A stretch of DNA of 64,000 nt from Acidiferrobacteraceae bacterium (GTDB taxonomy: Bacteria > Pseudomonadota > Gammaproteobacteria > Acidiferrobacterales > SZUA-150): positions 22,381 through 86,380 of the forward strand of contig QIGL01000086.1 in NCBI GenBank assembly GCA_003228915.1. Reading direction: 5' to 3'. Positions 9,741 through 19,879 of this stretch are shown here, piece after piece. The position numbers and the translations under genes were made by a program. The notes under the pieces were generated by a model that saw nothing but the letters and a program-made list of their open reading frames with translations, was not told the origin of the DNA and did no database searches. Position 1 is the first letter of the stretch; every line of letters starts with the position of its first letter.

Positions 9741-12700
9741 TCAGGCTACTGGCCTCAGGCCAATAATATTTTCAGGTTTATTTTTTTTATCATGAGCTAG
9801 CGAGTATACGACTGGCAAAAGCAAAAGACTGACAATCATGGAAAACGAGAGGCCACCAACAATGGTAATAGCCAGGGGTTGCAACATTTCTGCGCCTGAC
9901 CCGATGCCAATTGCGAGTGGCAACATGCCAACAACGGTAGTAAGCGTGGTCATTAAAATAGGCCTTAACCTCAATTTTCCAGCCTCCAGTATAGAATCCG
10001 TTATGCTTAACCCGCGTAACTTCATTAGCTCAATATACTCAACCAGCACAATAGCATTGTTGACCACAATACCGACAAGCATAATTATTCCCAGCCAGAC
10101 GGGCATAGACATTGGTGTTGATGTCACTACCAGGCTGATTGCCACGCCGATGAAAGCAAACGGTACACATACCATAATGACTGCTGGATTCTTCAGGGAT
10201 TCATACTGAATAGACATAACAACAAAAACCAGAAATAGCGCAAGTGCCGTCAATAATGTTGTGGTGTTCGTTCCTTCTTTTAAAGTCACGTCAGTGCCTG
10301 TATAAAATAAATTATAATCCCCTGGTAATACCAGATCTGCCAGTCGTTTTTTTACTTCTTGCGTTACCTGGCCTAAAGGTACTTCGCCTGATAGTGACGC
10401 AGTTATTTCTACACCACGAATCTGGTCAATGCGTGTGATCGTTGCTGGAGAAGGAATAAGTTCGACGAATGCTACATCACGCAAATATATTGCCTGGCGT
10501 TGCTGAGATTTTCCGAATAACAAAACTCCCCCTAAAGAATCCGGACTGTTTATTTCTTTTTTAGGCAGCCGGATACGGATGGGGTAATTTCGGTCACCTT
10601 CAAGGTAATCACTAATAACAATGCCTTCCAATGCAATTTTAAGCGCTTTACCTACGGCTGCAGTATCAACTTCAAGTTCTGCAGCACGTTCGCGATCAAT
10701 CTTGATGGCAAATTCCTGCAGTTTGTCTTCCATGGAATGTTTGATATTTCTGATGCCTTTTATCCCCTGCAGCCTGCCTACAACTTCCTCGCCATAATTG
10801 GACAATGAATCGAGATCCGGGCCTTGTATGGCAATACCAATATCATCATCGCTACGCCCGGTTCGTACGCCCCTGATACCCCGCACCCTTACGCGCACCT
10901 TGACCCCGGCGAGTTGTGATTTTTTAAGGGCACGACGATAATTTTTTGCCCAGTCCTGGGCAGATATATTCCTTTCTGCCAGCGGTACAAGCTGGACTTT
11001 TAAACTACTTTTGTTGGCTATGGTTCGTTCTGTCCGACCAAATATCCTGCCACCAACCAGGGTAAAAATTCCTTCTACATCGCCCTGATCGTGGGCAAGC
11101 TGCTCCAGGAAAACGACGCCTTCATCCATTTCATCCAATGAAATTCCGGTATCCATGGTGACGCTCAATGATATTCTGCCATCGTCCATTGCCGGTAAAA
11201 ATTCATTTCTTCCGGAAGTAAACACAACAGTCAATGCGATAACCAATAATGCAAACATGACAATAATTATTAGTCTGGGCGCTCTGATAACAGACTCAAG
11301 CAGTGCCCGATATAAACCCTGGAGTTTTGTCATTGCGCGACTGACAACAACATTAAGCTTTCCGGTTGCTTGATTAGACATTCTTGCTGCCAGGCTGGGT
11401 ACCAGTGTTAACGCCACAAACAGTGAGCCAATTATGGCCGCTGTGATGGTAAAAATAAGTTCACGAAATAATAATCCGACAAGGCCGCCAATAAATAGAA
11501 ATGGTAGTACGGCTGCAAGATTTGTGGAGGTCGCAGCAACAATAGCACTATTGACTTCGCCGGCAGCAGCGATTGATTTTTGATTATCCTTATCGTGATT
11601 TGCATGATCAATTGTTGCAATTGTTCCTGTCGAGAGGTGTTTGCCACTACCTTCTTTTTTGTGACGGGCAATATTCTCGAGCATGACAATGGTGTTATCT
11701 ATTAACATGCCGATACCGAGTGCCAGACCGCCTAAAGTCATTACATTAAACGTCAGGCCAGCCAATGCCATTAAAACAAATGTCACCAGGATAGAAATCG
11801 GTATCGCGGTACCAATAATTAGTGTGCCCCTGATATTTCCTAAAAAAGCATACACAACCAACATTGCCAGCAAAGCACCGCTGACTGCCGCCATTGTGGC
11901 ATTCGACAGCGAATTTCGAACGTAACGCGCCTGGTCAGACACCTGGTGCAAGACCACATCTTCAGGAATCAGGCCATTATTTTTTAGCCATGCTAGGCGT
12001 GATTTGACAAGATCAGATACTTCAACTGTATTTGCGTTTGGTTGTTTCTGTATGGATAGCTTGACCCCGGGAATACCATTATAGCGAACACGCAGTCTCT
12101 CATCTTCCTGGGTATCAACTACCTGGGCAACCTCTGATAGCGATATCATATCGCCTGATTTCAGACGAATCGGTAGTGAAGCTATCTCGCCAACCGTTTT
12201 GAATCTGCCAGCTGTCCGGCTTGTGTATTCCTGGCGAGACATTAATAAACGACCGGAGGGTTCATCCCGATTTGCCAATTGCACGGCCTCAGAAATATTA
12301 TCGACAGACAATCCCATGCCAGCCAGTCGCCTTTGATCAACTAAAATTTGAATTTCTCGTTCCAGGCCACCACCTATCTCAACTGCAGCAACACCTGGCA
12401 GGTTTAGAAATCGTTTTCTAAAGTTATGATCTGCCCACTCCCTAAGCTCGACTGAGCTTTTTAAATTTGAGCTGGCAACAAAAACCATGACGGGAATTTG
12501 CGCAGGATCCATTTTAAATATAATGGGGGGATCAATACTGTCAGGTAAAAATCTCTTGGCGCGATCGAGTCGGGTACTTGCATCCCGCAGCGCTATATCA
12601 ATATCCTTGCCGTACTGGAAAAACAGATCTACCCTCGAGGTTCCTTCCGATGTTTCTGACTCGATTGAAGTTACGTCTTCTGTAATTGACAACTGCTCTT

Positions 12701-12935
12701 CCAGCTGTCGAGTAATACGATCTTCCATGATTGATGCCGAAACACCGGCATCCAGTACACGCACACCAATCTGGGGATAGATAAGTTGCGGTAGTAAATT
12801 GATTGCCAGCCTGTCAATAGCAAAAAAACCAAGTACGACAATCGTTAGCACCAACATGCCAGTGCTAACCGGATGATGGATAGACCAGGCTGCCAGGCCG
12901 CCCTTAGCCACTGTCTTTTCCCGACTGCTGTTCAA
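9741..12935 (-). CDS. RND-family efflux permease (AcrB/MdtB-like)
   Basis: 1064 aa; NVMTLGGLALGIGMLIDNTIVMLENI, GIVVNNAIVLVE, RLRPILMTTLTTVVGMLPLA. Start uncertain (TTG 12935 or GTG 12911). Confidence 0.95.
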   Translation of the reverse strand: MNSSREKTVAKGGLAAWSIHHPVSTGMLVLTIVVLGFFAIDRLAINLLPQLIYPQIGVRVLDAGVSASIMEDRITRQLEEQLSITEDVTSIESETSEGTSRVDLFFQYGKDIDIALRDASTRLDRAKRFLPDSIDPPIIFKMDPAQIPVMVFVASSNLKSSVELREWADHNFRKRFLNLPGVAAVEIGGGLEREIQILVDQRRLAGMGLSVDNISEAVQLANRDEPSGRLLMSRQEYTSRTAGRFKTVGEIASLPIRLKSGDMISLSEVAQVVDTQEDERLRVRYNGIPGVKLSIQKQPNANTVEVSDLVKSRLAWLKNNGLIPEDVVLHQVSDQARYVRNSLSNATMAAVSGALLAMLVVYAFLGNIRGTLIIGTAIPISILVTFVLMALAGLTFNVMTLGGLALGIGMLIDNTIVMLENIARHKKEGSGKHLSTGTIATIDHANHDKDNQKSIAAAGEVNSAIVAATSTNLAAVLPFLFIGGLVGLLFRELIFTITAAIIGSLFVALTLVPSLAARMSNQATGKLNVVVSRAMTKLQGLYRALLESVIRAPRLIIIVMFALLVIALTVVFTSGRNEFLPAMDDGRISLSVTMDTGISLDEMDEGVVFLEQLAHDQGDVEGIFTLVGGRIFGRTERTIANKSSLKVQLVPLAERNISAQDWAKNYRRALKKSQLAGVKVRVRVRGIRGVRTGRSDDDIGIAIQGPDLDSLSNYGEEVVGRLQGIKGIRNIKHSMEDKLQEFAIKIDRERAAELEVDTAAVGKALKIALEGIVISDYLEGDRNYPIRIRLPKKEINSPDSLGGVLLFGKSQQRQAIYLRDVAFVELIPSPATITRIDQIRGVEITASLSGEVPLGQVTQEVKKRLADLVLPGDYNLFYTGTDVTLKEGTNTTTLLTALALFLVFVVMSIQYESLKNPAVIMVCVPFAFIGVAISLVVTSTPMSMPVWLGIIMLVGIVVNNAIVLVEYIELMKLRGLSITDSILEAGKLRLRPILMTTLTTVVGMLPLAIGIGSGAEMLQPLAITIVGGLSFSMIVSLLLLPVVYSLAHDKKNKPENIIGLRPVA

Positions 12936-13998
12936 CTGGGGTCGCAGTTTTTTGTCCCACTTGTTTTACTTTCTTGCCATCGCCAAGACCAAGAAAACCT
13001 TTTATCACCACCTTGTCGTTCTCAGCCAGGCCTTCAGTGATTTCAACTTTATCGGACAAGCGCAATCCGCTTTTCACCGCCAGTCGTTTTACCCTGCTCT
13101 CATCATTTATCAGGTATAAGTATTCGCCTGCCCGGTCCCTGCGTAATGCCATAAAAGGAATCACCAGGCGCTTTTTTTCACCAGTGCTAAGAGTCACCCG
13201 GTTAAATTGTCCTGCCTGTGCTTTTGCAGGTACGGGATCAAGTGTGACTTCTATTTTGCCAAGGCGGGTTTGCGGATCAACGGTTGGATATATTCTTAAA
13301 ATTTTACCGGCAAAACTTTCTGGTCCTAATGCATCAATCCTGATTGAAGCGGAATCACCTACTTTCAAATGCGGTAATACGAGTTCAGATACCTGGACAT
13401 CAGATATCAACTCCGAAGGATCAACTATTGTCAGCAGGTGTGTGTGCTTGGGGGCGACGTCTCCTGGCTCAATTTTTCGTGCTGCGACCTTGCCAGGGAA
13501 TGGTGCCTTAATGGTCATGTAACCCAACCGCGTAGATAATAATCGCTCTTCTGCTTTTGCTACCTCATAGGCAGTCTCTGACTTGAGATAAATTTCTTCA
13601 GCTATTAATTGTTTCTTTTTTAATTTTTTTAATCTCAGGGCATCACGTTTTGCCTGTCGCAGGTTGGCCGCAGCCTTATCCCATTGCGCCCTGAGCAGGG
13701 TATCATCGAGGCGAATCAAAACCTGTCCGGTTTTTACAGAATCACCCTGGCGAACAGTTACTTCCTTGATTCTGCCTTCCGCCTGGTTGAATATTTTTAC
13801 TTCACGTATCGCCCGTAAGCTTCCGGCCCTGTCTGCTACATAACTAAGAGACTCGTAACGTGCAGTGGCTGCCTCGACAAGGTGACTGGCTGCTGTTTTT
13901 TTATTCTTGCCAGTGTCATCGCTGCATGCGACTAAAACTGCCGGGATGCTAATCAGCATAAAAATCTGCAGGAGAAATTTTGGCGAGAAAGATTTCAT
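12904..13998 (-). CDS. RND periplasmic adaptor (membrane fusion) lipoprotein
   Basis: Lipobox LVAC; lipoyl half-motifs GRIKEVTVRQGDSVKTGQVLIRLD and IKAPFPGKV; overlaps the RND gene. Confidence 0.93.
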   Translation of the reverse strand: MKSFSPKFLLQIFMLISIPAVLVACSDDTGKNKKTAASHLVEAATARYESLSYVADRAGSLRAIREVKIFNQAEGRIKEVTVRQGDSVKTGQVLIRLDDTLLRAQWDKAAANLRQAKRDALRLKKLKKKQLIAEEIYLKSETAYEVAKAEERLLSTRLGYMTIKAPFPGKVAARKIEPGDVAPKHTHLLTIVDPSELISDVQVSELVLPHLKVGDSASIRIDALGPESFAGKILRIYPTVDPQTRLGKIEVTLDPVPAKAQAGQFNRVTLSTGEKKRLVIPFMALRRDRAGEYLYLINDESRVKRLAVKSGLRLSDKVEITEGLAENDKVVIKGFLGLGDGKKVKQVGQKTATPVEQQSGKDSG

Positions 13999-14010
13999 AG
14001 TTTTATGATG

Positions 14011-14493
14011 TCACGAATTTGTTTCAAGTAATTTTTGCAGTTCACCGAGCGCCTGCTCATAAACTTCGCGTTTGAATTCTATCACGCGCTCCAGTGGCTC
14101 CCAGTAATCAAGCCAACACCAGTCATCAAATTCAGGCCGATCACTACAGTCCAGGTTAAAATCTGATTCTTGGCCAGTAAGCCGTAACAAGTACCAGATC
14201 TGTTTTTGGCCACGGAAATTCGATTTTCCTTGCTGATTTCTCAGGAATTGTTTCGGAAGATCATAATAAAGCCATTCCTGAGTGCGGCCAAGCACATCCA
14301 CGTGATGAGCATGCAGGCCCACTTCTTCATGGAGCTCGCGAAACATTGCCGCTTCCGGACTTTCCTTGTAATTTATTCCGCCCTGGGGGAACTGCCAGCC
14401 ACGCTGGCCACAACGACAGGCCCAAAAAACTTTATTTTGGCGGTTACATAAAACAATACCCACGTTGGGGCGGTATCCGTTCTGATCAAGCAT
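14011..14493 (-). CDS. rppH: RNA pyrophosphohydrolase RppH
   Basis: GYRPNVGI, Nudix box WQFPQGGI...[32 protein letters not shown]. Confidence 0.96.
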   Translation of the reverse strand: MLDQNGYRPNVGIVLCNRQNKVFWACRCGQRGWQFPQGGINYKESPEAAMFRELHEEVGLHAHHVDVLGRTQEWLYYDLPKQFLRNQQGKSNFRGQKQIWYLLRLTGQESDFNLDCSDRPEFDDWCWLDYWEPLERVIEFKREVYEQALGELQKLLETNS

Positions 14494-14643
14494 TGACTGA
14501 AATCCTGCAACTTACTAATAATTAATCAATATTTTTTCACGTTCCGGCAGTGACAGCAATCAAATCATGACAATAAGACTTTATCACGGACCCACAAACC
14601 ACTATGCTTGGCCTCCAAAAAAGCTTTCTTGATAAAAATCTCC

Positions 14644-15300
14644 ATGTACCTCGCCATTTTTGATCTGGATAATACCCTGCTAACCATTGATAGCGATTAT
14701 GAGTGGGGTCGTTTTCTGGTCGCTAAAAACCTGGTTGATGGCGAGAATTATGAGCTGAAAAACCAGCGGTTTTACGAAAACTACAAAAACGGGACCCTGG
14801 ATATCCATGAATTTCTGGCCTTTTCCCTGCAGCCCTTAACGCAATTTGACCAGCAATCACTGGCAAAACTCCATCAGGAATTCATGGAATCACGAATTTT
14901 GCCCAATATCGCGGCAGGCGCCCGGGAGCTCATAAAGAAACATCACAATCAGGATGCCAATTTGCTCGTAATCACTGCCACCAACAGTTTTGTTACTGCG
15001 CCGATCGTTAAAGCCCTTGGTATTCCCCATTTAATTGCCACTGAACCTGAAATCATTAACAAGAAATACACGGGTCGCGTGAGCGGCACGCCCTGTTTTC
15101 GCGAAGGTAAAGTCCTGCGACTGCAAAGCTGGCTGGCTAAAAACAGGCAGGATTTACGGAACAGCTGGTTCTACAGTGACTCTCATAATGATTTACCGTT
15201 GCTTAATCTAGTCGATAACCCAATCGCGGTTGATCCAGATCCTGAACTGAAAAAACATGCCCAAAAACATGACTGGCCTGTTATCTCGCTACGCCAGTAA
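14644..15300 (+). CDS. HAD-IB family phosphatase (histidinol-phosphatase-like)
   Basis: AIFDLDNTLL, ITATN, FREGK, FYSDSHNDLPLL; divergent from rppH. ATG at 14644 preferred over TTG at 14608. Confidence 0.9.
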   Translation: MYLAIFDLDNTLLTIDSDYEWGRFLVAKNLVDGENYELKNQRFYENYKNGTLDIHEFLAFSLQPLTQFDQQSLAKLHQEFMESRILPNIAAGARELIKKHHNQDANLLVITATNSFVTAPIVKALGIPHLIATEPEIINKKYTGRVSGTPCFREGKVLRLQSWLAKNRQDLRNSWFYSDSHNDLPLLNLVDNPIAVDPDPELKKHAQKHDWPVISLRQ

Positions 15301-16286
15301 TGAAAAAAAACCCAATGCATCTTAAACCACGAAATTTAACGATAATACTGCTATTAGCCATGCCTGTTAGCCTGGTGCTGGCATTGAAATATGGCGCTAC
15401 ACCCATAGACTGGACATCGATATGGCTGGCGTTAAGCCGGCAAACACAAGGCATCCCGATTACCATTGTCTGGGAACTCAGGCTGCCAAGAGTGCTGACC
15501 GCCTTTGCCGTAGGCGGTCTCTTGTCCCTGTCAGGCGCTTTATTACAGGTATTGCTGCGCAACCCACTGGCAGATCCTTACGTACTGGGTATTTCAGGTG
15601 GCGCGGCAACGGGCGCATTACTCAGTATGTTATTTGGTATTAGCGGTTACGCCCTGAGCGGTAATGCCTTTATTGGCGCGCTTTTTTCCATGATCCTGGT
15701 TTTTGGTCTGGCCCATAGCCACAGCGCCTGGACACCGGTACGACTGTTGTTGACCGGTGTCGTGCTTGCGGCTGGCTGGGGCGCCGCCATTAGCTTCATC
15801 CTGGCAATCGCACCGAATAGTAATCTCCAGGGCATGTTGTTTTGGTTGATGGGTGATTTAAGTAATGCTGATGCACCCGCATTGCCAGTTTATACCGTCG
15901 CCATTGGTCTGCTATTGGCGCGGGTGCTGGCGCCCTCCCTGAATCTGTTGTTGCGAGGTGAGCTGGTTGCCAGTGCCCTGGGTGAACGGGTAAAAAAATT
16001 GCGTATTATTATTTTTTTACTGGCTTCCGCCATGACGGCGGTGGCAGTCACTGCAGCAGGGACAATTGGTTTTGTTGGTCTCGTAATCCCCCACTTACTG
16101 CGCCTGGCTGGCAGTAATGATCACCGTGATCTCATTACCCAGTCCATGTTGCTTGGCGGGATATACCTGGTTATTGCAGACACCCTCTCCCGTACCATCA
16201 TGTCACCACTACAATTGCCGGTAGGGGTGTTGACTGCATTTATTGGTGTACCCCTGTTTCTCTACCTGTTGTGGAAAAATAAATAA
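15300..16286 (+). CDS. btuC: FecCD/BtuC-family ABC permease (probably corrinoid uptake)
   Basis: LRLPR, LLRNPLADPYVLGISGGA, FWLMGDL, GTIGFVGLVIPH, LPVGVLTAFIGVP. Confidence 0.85.
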   Translation: MKKNPMHLKPRNLTIILLLAMPVSLVLALKYGATPIDWTSIWLALSRQTQGIPITIVWELRLPRVLTAFAVGGLLSLSGALLQVLLRNPLADPYVLGISGGAATGALLSMLFGISGYALSGNAFIGALFSMILVFGLAHSHSAWTPVRLLLTGVVLAAGWGAAISFILAIAPNSNLQGMLFWLMGDLSNADAPALPVYTVAIGLLLARVLAPSLNLLLRGELVASALGERVKKLRIIIFLLASAMTAVAVTAAGTIGFVGLVIPHLLRLAGSNDHRDLITQSMLLGGIYLVIADTLSRTIMSPLQLPVGVLTAFIGVPLFLYLLWKNK

Positions 16287-16291
16287 CTGCC

Positions 16292-17092
16292 ATGATATTA
16301 CTTGAAACCTGTGCTTTATCCGCTACTGCAGGACCTGGTTCGGCAGAGCAAAAGACATTATATGAAAATCTCAACCTGAAAGTTCATGCTGGTGAGAACT
16401 GGGCCGTGCTCGGCCCCAACGGCTGTGGTAAAACAACGCTTTTACACACCCTGGCAGGACTGGTAGAACCTGAGTCAGGAGCCATAAAATTATGCGACAA
16501 ACCGATAAAAAGCTGGCCCCACAAAAAACGCGCGCAACAAATTGGTATTTTATTTCAACAGGAAGAAACGCTTTTCCCGGCATCAGTGTTTGAAACAGTA
16601 CTGACAGGTCGTCACCCCTATATCATGGCGCGTGGACTACAAGCCTTGCTTGACTGGGAAGATAGCGAAGATTTCGCTATTGCAGAACAGGCCTTAAAAG
16701 ATGTTGGTTTGCTGTCAATGAAAAACCGGTCAATTACAACATTATCAGGCGGTGAATGGCGCCGGGTTATGATTGCTGCCTTGCTGGCACAAAAGACCAA
16801 CATCAATTTATATGATGAGATTTCGAATCACCTGGATCTTAATCACCAGCAAAAATTGTTGAAACTTATATCGAAACAAGTTGAAAATAAAAACCGGGCC
16901 AATATTTTTGTCCTGCAGGATATTAACCAGGCTTTACGCTACTGTGAGTTCGGTCTGCTTCTTTTTGATAATGGCCAGCATATAATGGGGTCACTTCATG
17001 AGATTATATCTGAAGGCACACTGGCAGAGCTTTATCACTGCCCGTTTACGGTTCTGGAACACAAACTGGGAAATATTTTTTTACCGGCATAA
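16292..17092 (+). CDS. btuD: ABC ATPase of the BtuD/FepC type
   Basis: Walker A GPNGCGKTT, signature LSGGE, Walker B-like LYDEISNHLD; the H-loop reads VLQD rather than VLHD. Confidence 0.82.
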   Translation: MILLETCALSATAGPGSAEQKTLYENLNLKVHAGENWAVLGPNGCGKTTLLHTLAGLVEPESGAIKLCDKPIKSWPHKKRAQQIGILFQQEETLFPASVFETVLTGRHPYIMARGLQALLDWEDSEDFAIAEQALKDVGLLSMKNRSITTLSGGEWRRVMIAALLAQKTNINLYDEISNHLDLNHQQKLLKLISKQVENKNRANIFVLQDINQALRYCEFGLLLFDNGQHIMGSLHEIISEGTLAELYHCPFTVLEHKLGNIFLPA

Positions 17093-17241
17093 AATAATAA
17101 TTAAAGCATTTAATTAAAAAGCGCAGGATAATTCCTTATAACTGTTATATTTTGTGTCTTGTTTGACAGGACTAATTGACCACCATAAAGTGCGACTGCT
17201 TCTGGGACTGACAGCGTAATTTATACCGGTAAGGGCTCTTA

Positions 17242-17883
17242 ATGATCACGAATAATAAAATACTGCTGGCTACAATTTTTATATCAATAAGTGCCCATGC
17301 TGGTGCGTTTTACTTGTGGCAACCAACCAGTAGTACCCAGTATTCCTTGATCAACCCAGGTCAGATACAAATCAACATTGTTGCCACAAGCTCAAAAAGT
17401 TACAGTAAAAAAAAGACTACCGACAATCTCCCTCTTCCTGAAAATATTAAAGCTGCCTCAAGTTCTGTCAATCGCACGTCCAAAGGTGATAGAAAAGTGG
17501 CCAATGGCAGTGTCCGTATGGAAAATGAGAACAAGATTCTCTTCGAGGAAGATACTTCAACCAACAGCTCAGCCAACAAACTAACGGTTCAACTGCGCGG
17601 TAAAATCAAAACCGCATTACAAAAACACTTGACCTATCCACAAATCGCACGACGTCGTGGCTGGCAAGGCACTGTCACGGTATATGTTACTGTAAAGAGC
17701 AATGGTGACGTGCGGCAAGTTAAGCTTGGCAAGAGCTCAGGACATTCACTGCTTGATGAATCTGCTATCACGGCTTTGAAAAAAGTTGGCCGGCTGGATG
17801 AATTAAAACCATTATTGCAGGGACGAACAATTCCTATCGAGTTACCCATTAAATACTTATTAAAAGACCTGATAGTCGGGTAA
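17242..17883 (+). CDS. tonB: TonB-family energy transducer
   Basis: N-terminal TM with SxxxH (SISAH); C-terminal YPQIARRRGWQGTV and KSSGHSLLDESA. Confidence 0.88.
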   Translation: MITNNKILLATIFISISAHAGAFYLWQPTSSTQYSLINPGQIQINIVATSSKSYSKKKTTDNLPLPENIKAASSSVNRTSKGDRKVANGSVRMENENKILFEEDTSTNSSANKLTVQLRGKIKTALQKHLTYPQIARRRGWQGTVTVYVTVKSNGDVRQVKLGKSSGHSLLDESAITALKKVGRLDELKPLLQGRTIPIELPIKYLLKDLIVG

Positions 17884-17965
17884 TTATTTTGCTAAAAATT
17901 GTGAATTTTTGCAGGCGCAATAGAACCATAAATTAGAATTACTTTGTTTATATATTTTCTAAAAA

Positions 17966-18883
17966 TTAATCATTTTTACTTCTTACGTCATCAAGAAATC
18001 TACACATTCTATCGGCAGCCAGTAATATTCTCGGGCCCTGTCTGTGTATCCAGTCAGGATTCAGCCACAGAAAGTTATTGTTCTTTACTGCCGTAATTCC
18101 TTGCCATTGCTGCCAGTACGCCAGCCAACCTGGTTTTTTATCTCCCGTGGAGGCCGTAATAATTACGTCAGGATTTTTTTGCAACACAGATTCAAAATCT
18201 ATTGTCGGCGTATAAATTTTCTGTTGGCCAAAAATATTGACTCCTCCACAAAGTTTTATTACGTCGCTGATAATATGTTCAGAGTTTACGGTTAATATTG
18301 GTTTGTGCCACAATAGGTAGAATACTTTAAGCTGTTTTTTGTTGCTATATTTTAATTTTAATTTAAACAATTTATTCTGATAGTCATTTATAGCTTTATT
18401 AGCTTGTTTTTCGGTCCCCGCTAATATTCCCAGTTTTTTTATATTTTCAGCAATATCCTCCAGTTTTCCTGGTTCACTCAGAAATACTTTAAATCCCAGA
18501 TTTTTTAGTCGAGATATATTTTCCTTCCGATTACCGCTTAACCAGCCAACGATTAAATCAGGGCGTAAGGCCAGTATTGATTCATAATCCAGCTGCCCTG
18601 CCCGTCCAATTTTTTTTATAGCTAGTGCTGTTTTCGGATAGTCGCTACCAACAACTGTTGCGACAATTTTCTCTCCCGCGCCAGCAGCAAACAACAATTC
18701 TGTGATGTGTGGTGCCAGGCTTATAATTCTTTTTGCAGGACGATCCAGTATAATTTTACTACCGCCATCATCAACCACTTGAATTGTCGATGATGCAAAC
18801 GAGTGGTTAGCAGGGAAAAATAGAAAAATAATGTAGCCTAAAACAAAACCACAATAAGTTATTAGTGAGTATAGTGTGTGCAA
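17966..18883 (-). CDS. btuF: Cobalamin-binding periplasmic protein BtuF-like
   Basis: RIISLAPHITELLFAAGAG, SDYP, LCGGVNIF, RQGPRI...MC. Confidence 0.88.
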   Translation of the reverse strand: MHTLYSLITYCGFVLGYIIFLFFPANHSFASSTIQVVDDGGSKIILDRPAKRIISLAPHITELLFAAGAGEKIVATVVGSDYPKTALAIKKIGRAGQLDYESILALRPDLIVGWLSGNRKENISRLKNLGFKVFLSEPGKLEDIAENIKKLGILAGTEKQANKAINDYQNKLFKLKLKYSNKKQLKVFYLLWHKPILTVNSEHIISDVIKLCGGVNIFGQQKIYTPTIDFESVLQKNPDVIITASTGDKKPGWLAYWQQWQGITAVKNNNFLWLNPDWIHRQGPRILLAADRMCRFLDDVRSKND

Positions 18884-18910
18884 ATGACTATTTTTTAATT
18901 TATTATTTAT

Positions 18911-19813
18911 TTACCAGCCCGAAAATATTCCCAAAAAATCGCTCAATGAAATCAACAGTACGACAGTCAACCAAAAAAACATGACCCGCCAGCTCAGTGC
19001 TAGTGCCTGACGCACATGGCCCGAGGCTGGCTTATCAAGGGTTATATCTTCAGTTCCGTTTGGATATTGAAGATGCAGTGCACCAAAACCAGCTGCCTGT
19101 AATGTATCCCGGTTATCGGACCAGGCATCAGACCTCCGCATCCAGTTATTGATCGCTTCTTCGAAATTTCCAACTATTGCATAACTCAGGGCCGTTAGCC
19201 GGGCTGGTACCCAGCCCAGAATTTTGTTAACTGAAATAGCCGGTTTACCAAACTCTTTAAATTGCTCATTGTCCCTGCCCCAGATATGATCCAGCACGGT
19301 AGACATTCTCTGAACCGCAGCACCCACCGGACCAAAAAATAAAAACCAGAAGAGTGGCGCAATAGCTGTGGCATTCAATTCGAATAAAACAGCCTTAACA
19401 GAGGCCGATGATATTTCAGCTTCATTCTCACGACTACTGTTACCGCTTAACTGGCGTAAATACTCATTGGCATCCAGTAATCTGCCATTTTCAAGTGCAT
19501 TTGAAAGTTCGGTTGCCTGATTGTTCAATCGGTGCAAATTCACACAAAAATACAAGATCACGACATCAAAAATAAAGCGAAATAACCAGCCAATTTCACC
19601 CAGTACATACCTGCCAATTAGAATCGCAAACGTAATGGGTAATAGCGCCAGTAACAATGCCGCCCAACCCTGTTCGCGGGTGCCGGTATTAAACCTCTGC
19701 TCAATGTAGTCAGCCCAGTCACGATACCAGCTGGACGGATCGAGGTCGGCCTGCAGTGGTGCCAGCCGATCCAGCGCCAGCACTAGCAGCGAAGCAATCA
19801 AAAATTCTATCAT
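18911..19813 (-). CDS. AmpE / CobD-CbiB family membrane protein
   Basis: APLFWF..FGPVGA, LGWVPARLTALSYAIVGNFEEA; immediately downstream of ampD. Confidence 0.75.
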   Translation of the reverse strand: MIEFLIASLLVLALDRLAPLQADLDPSSWYRDWADYIEQRFNTGTREQGWAALLLALLPITFAILIGRYVLGEIGWLFRFIFDVVILYFCVNLHRLNNQATELSNALENGRLLDANEYLRQLSGNSSRENEAEISSASVKAVLFELNATAIAPLFWFLFFGPVGAAVQRMSTVLDHIWGRDNEQFKEFGKPAISVNKILGWVPARLTALSYAIVGNFEEAINNWMRRSDAWSDNRDTLQAAGFGALHLQYPNGTEDITLDKPASGHVRQALALSWRVMFFWLTVVLLISLSDFLGIFSGW

Positions 19814-19879
19814 TTATGTATTTAGTATGATTATAGACAGGCATGACTGTACCGGTCACACAGGGTGTGACGCAAGCGT

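Noticed and set aside
17093-17241. Possible cobalamin riboswitch before tonB
   Set aside because: No GGGAA / GCCACTG B12-box pattern seen on either strand; an Rfam scan would be decisive.
19855-19871. GTCACAC-AGG-GTGTGAC palindrome between ampD and ampE as a CRP site
   Set aside because: Half-sites are in the wrong order for CRP (TGTGA-N6-TCACA); probably just a small mRNA hairpin.
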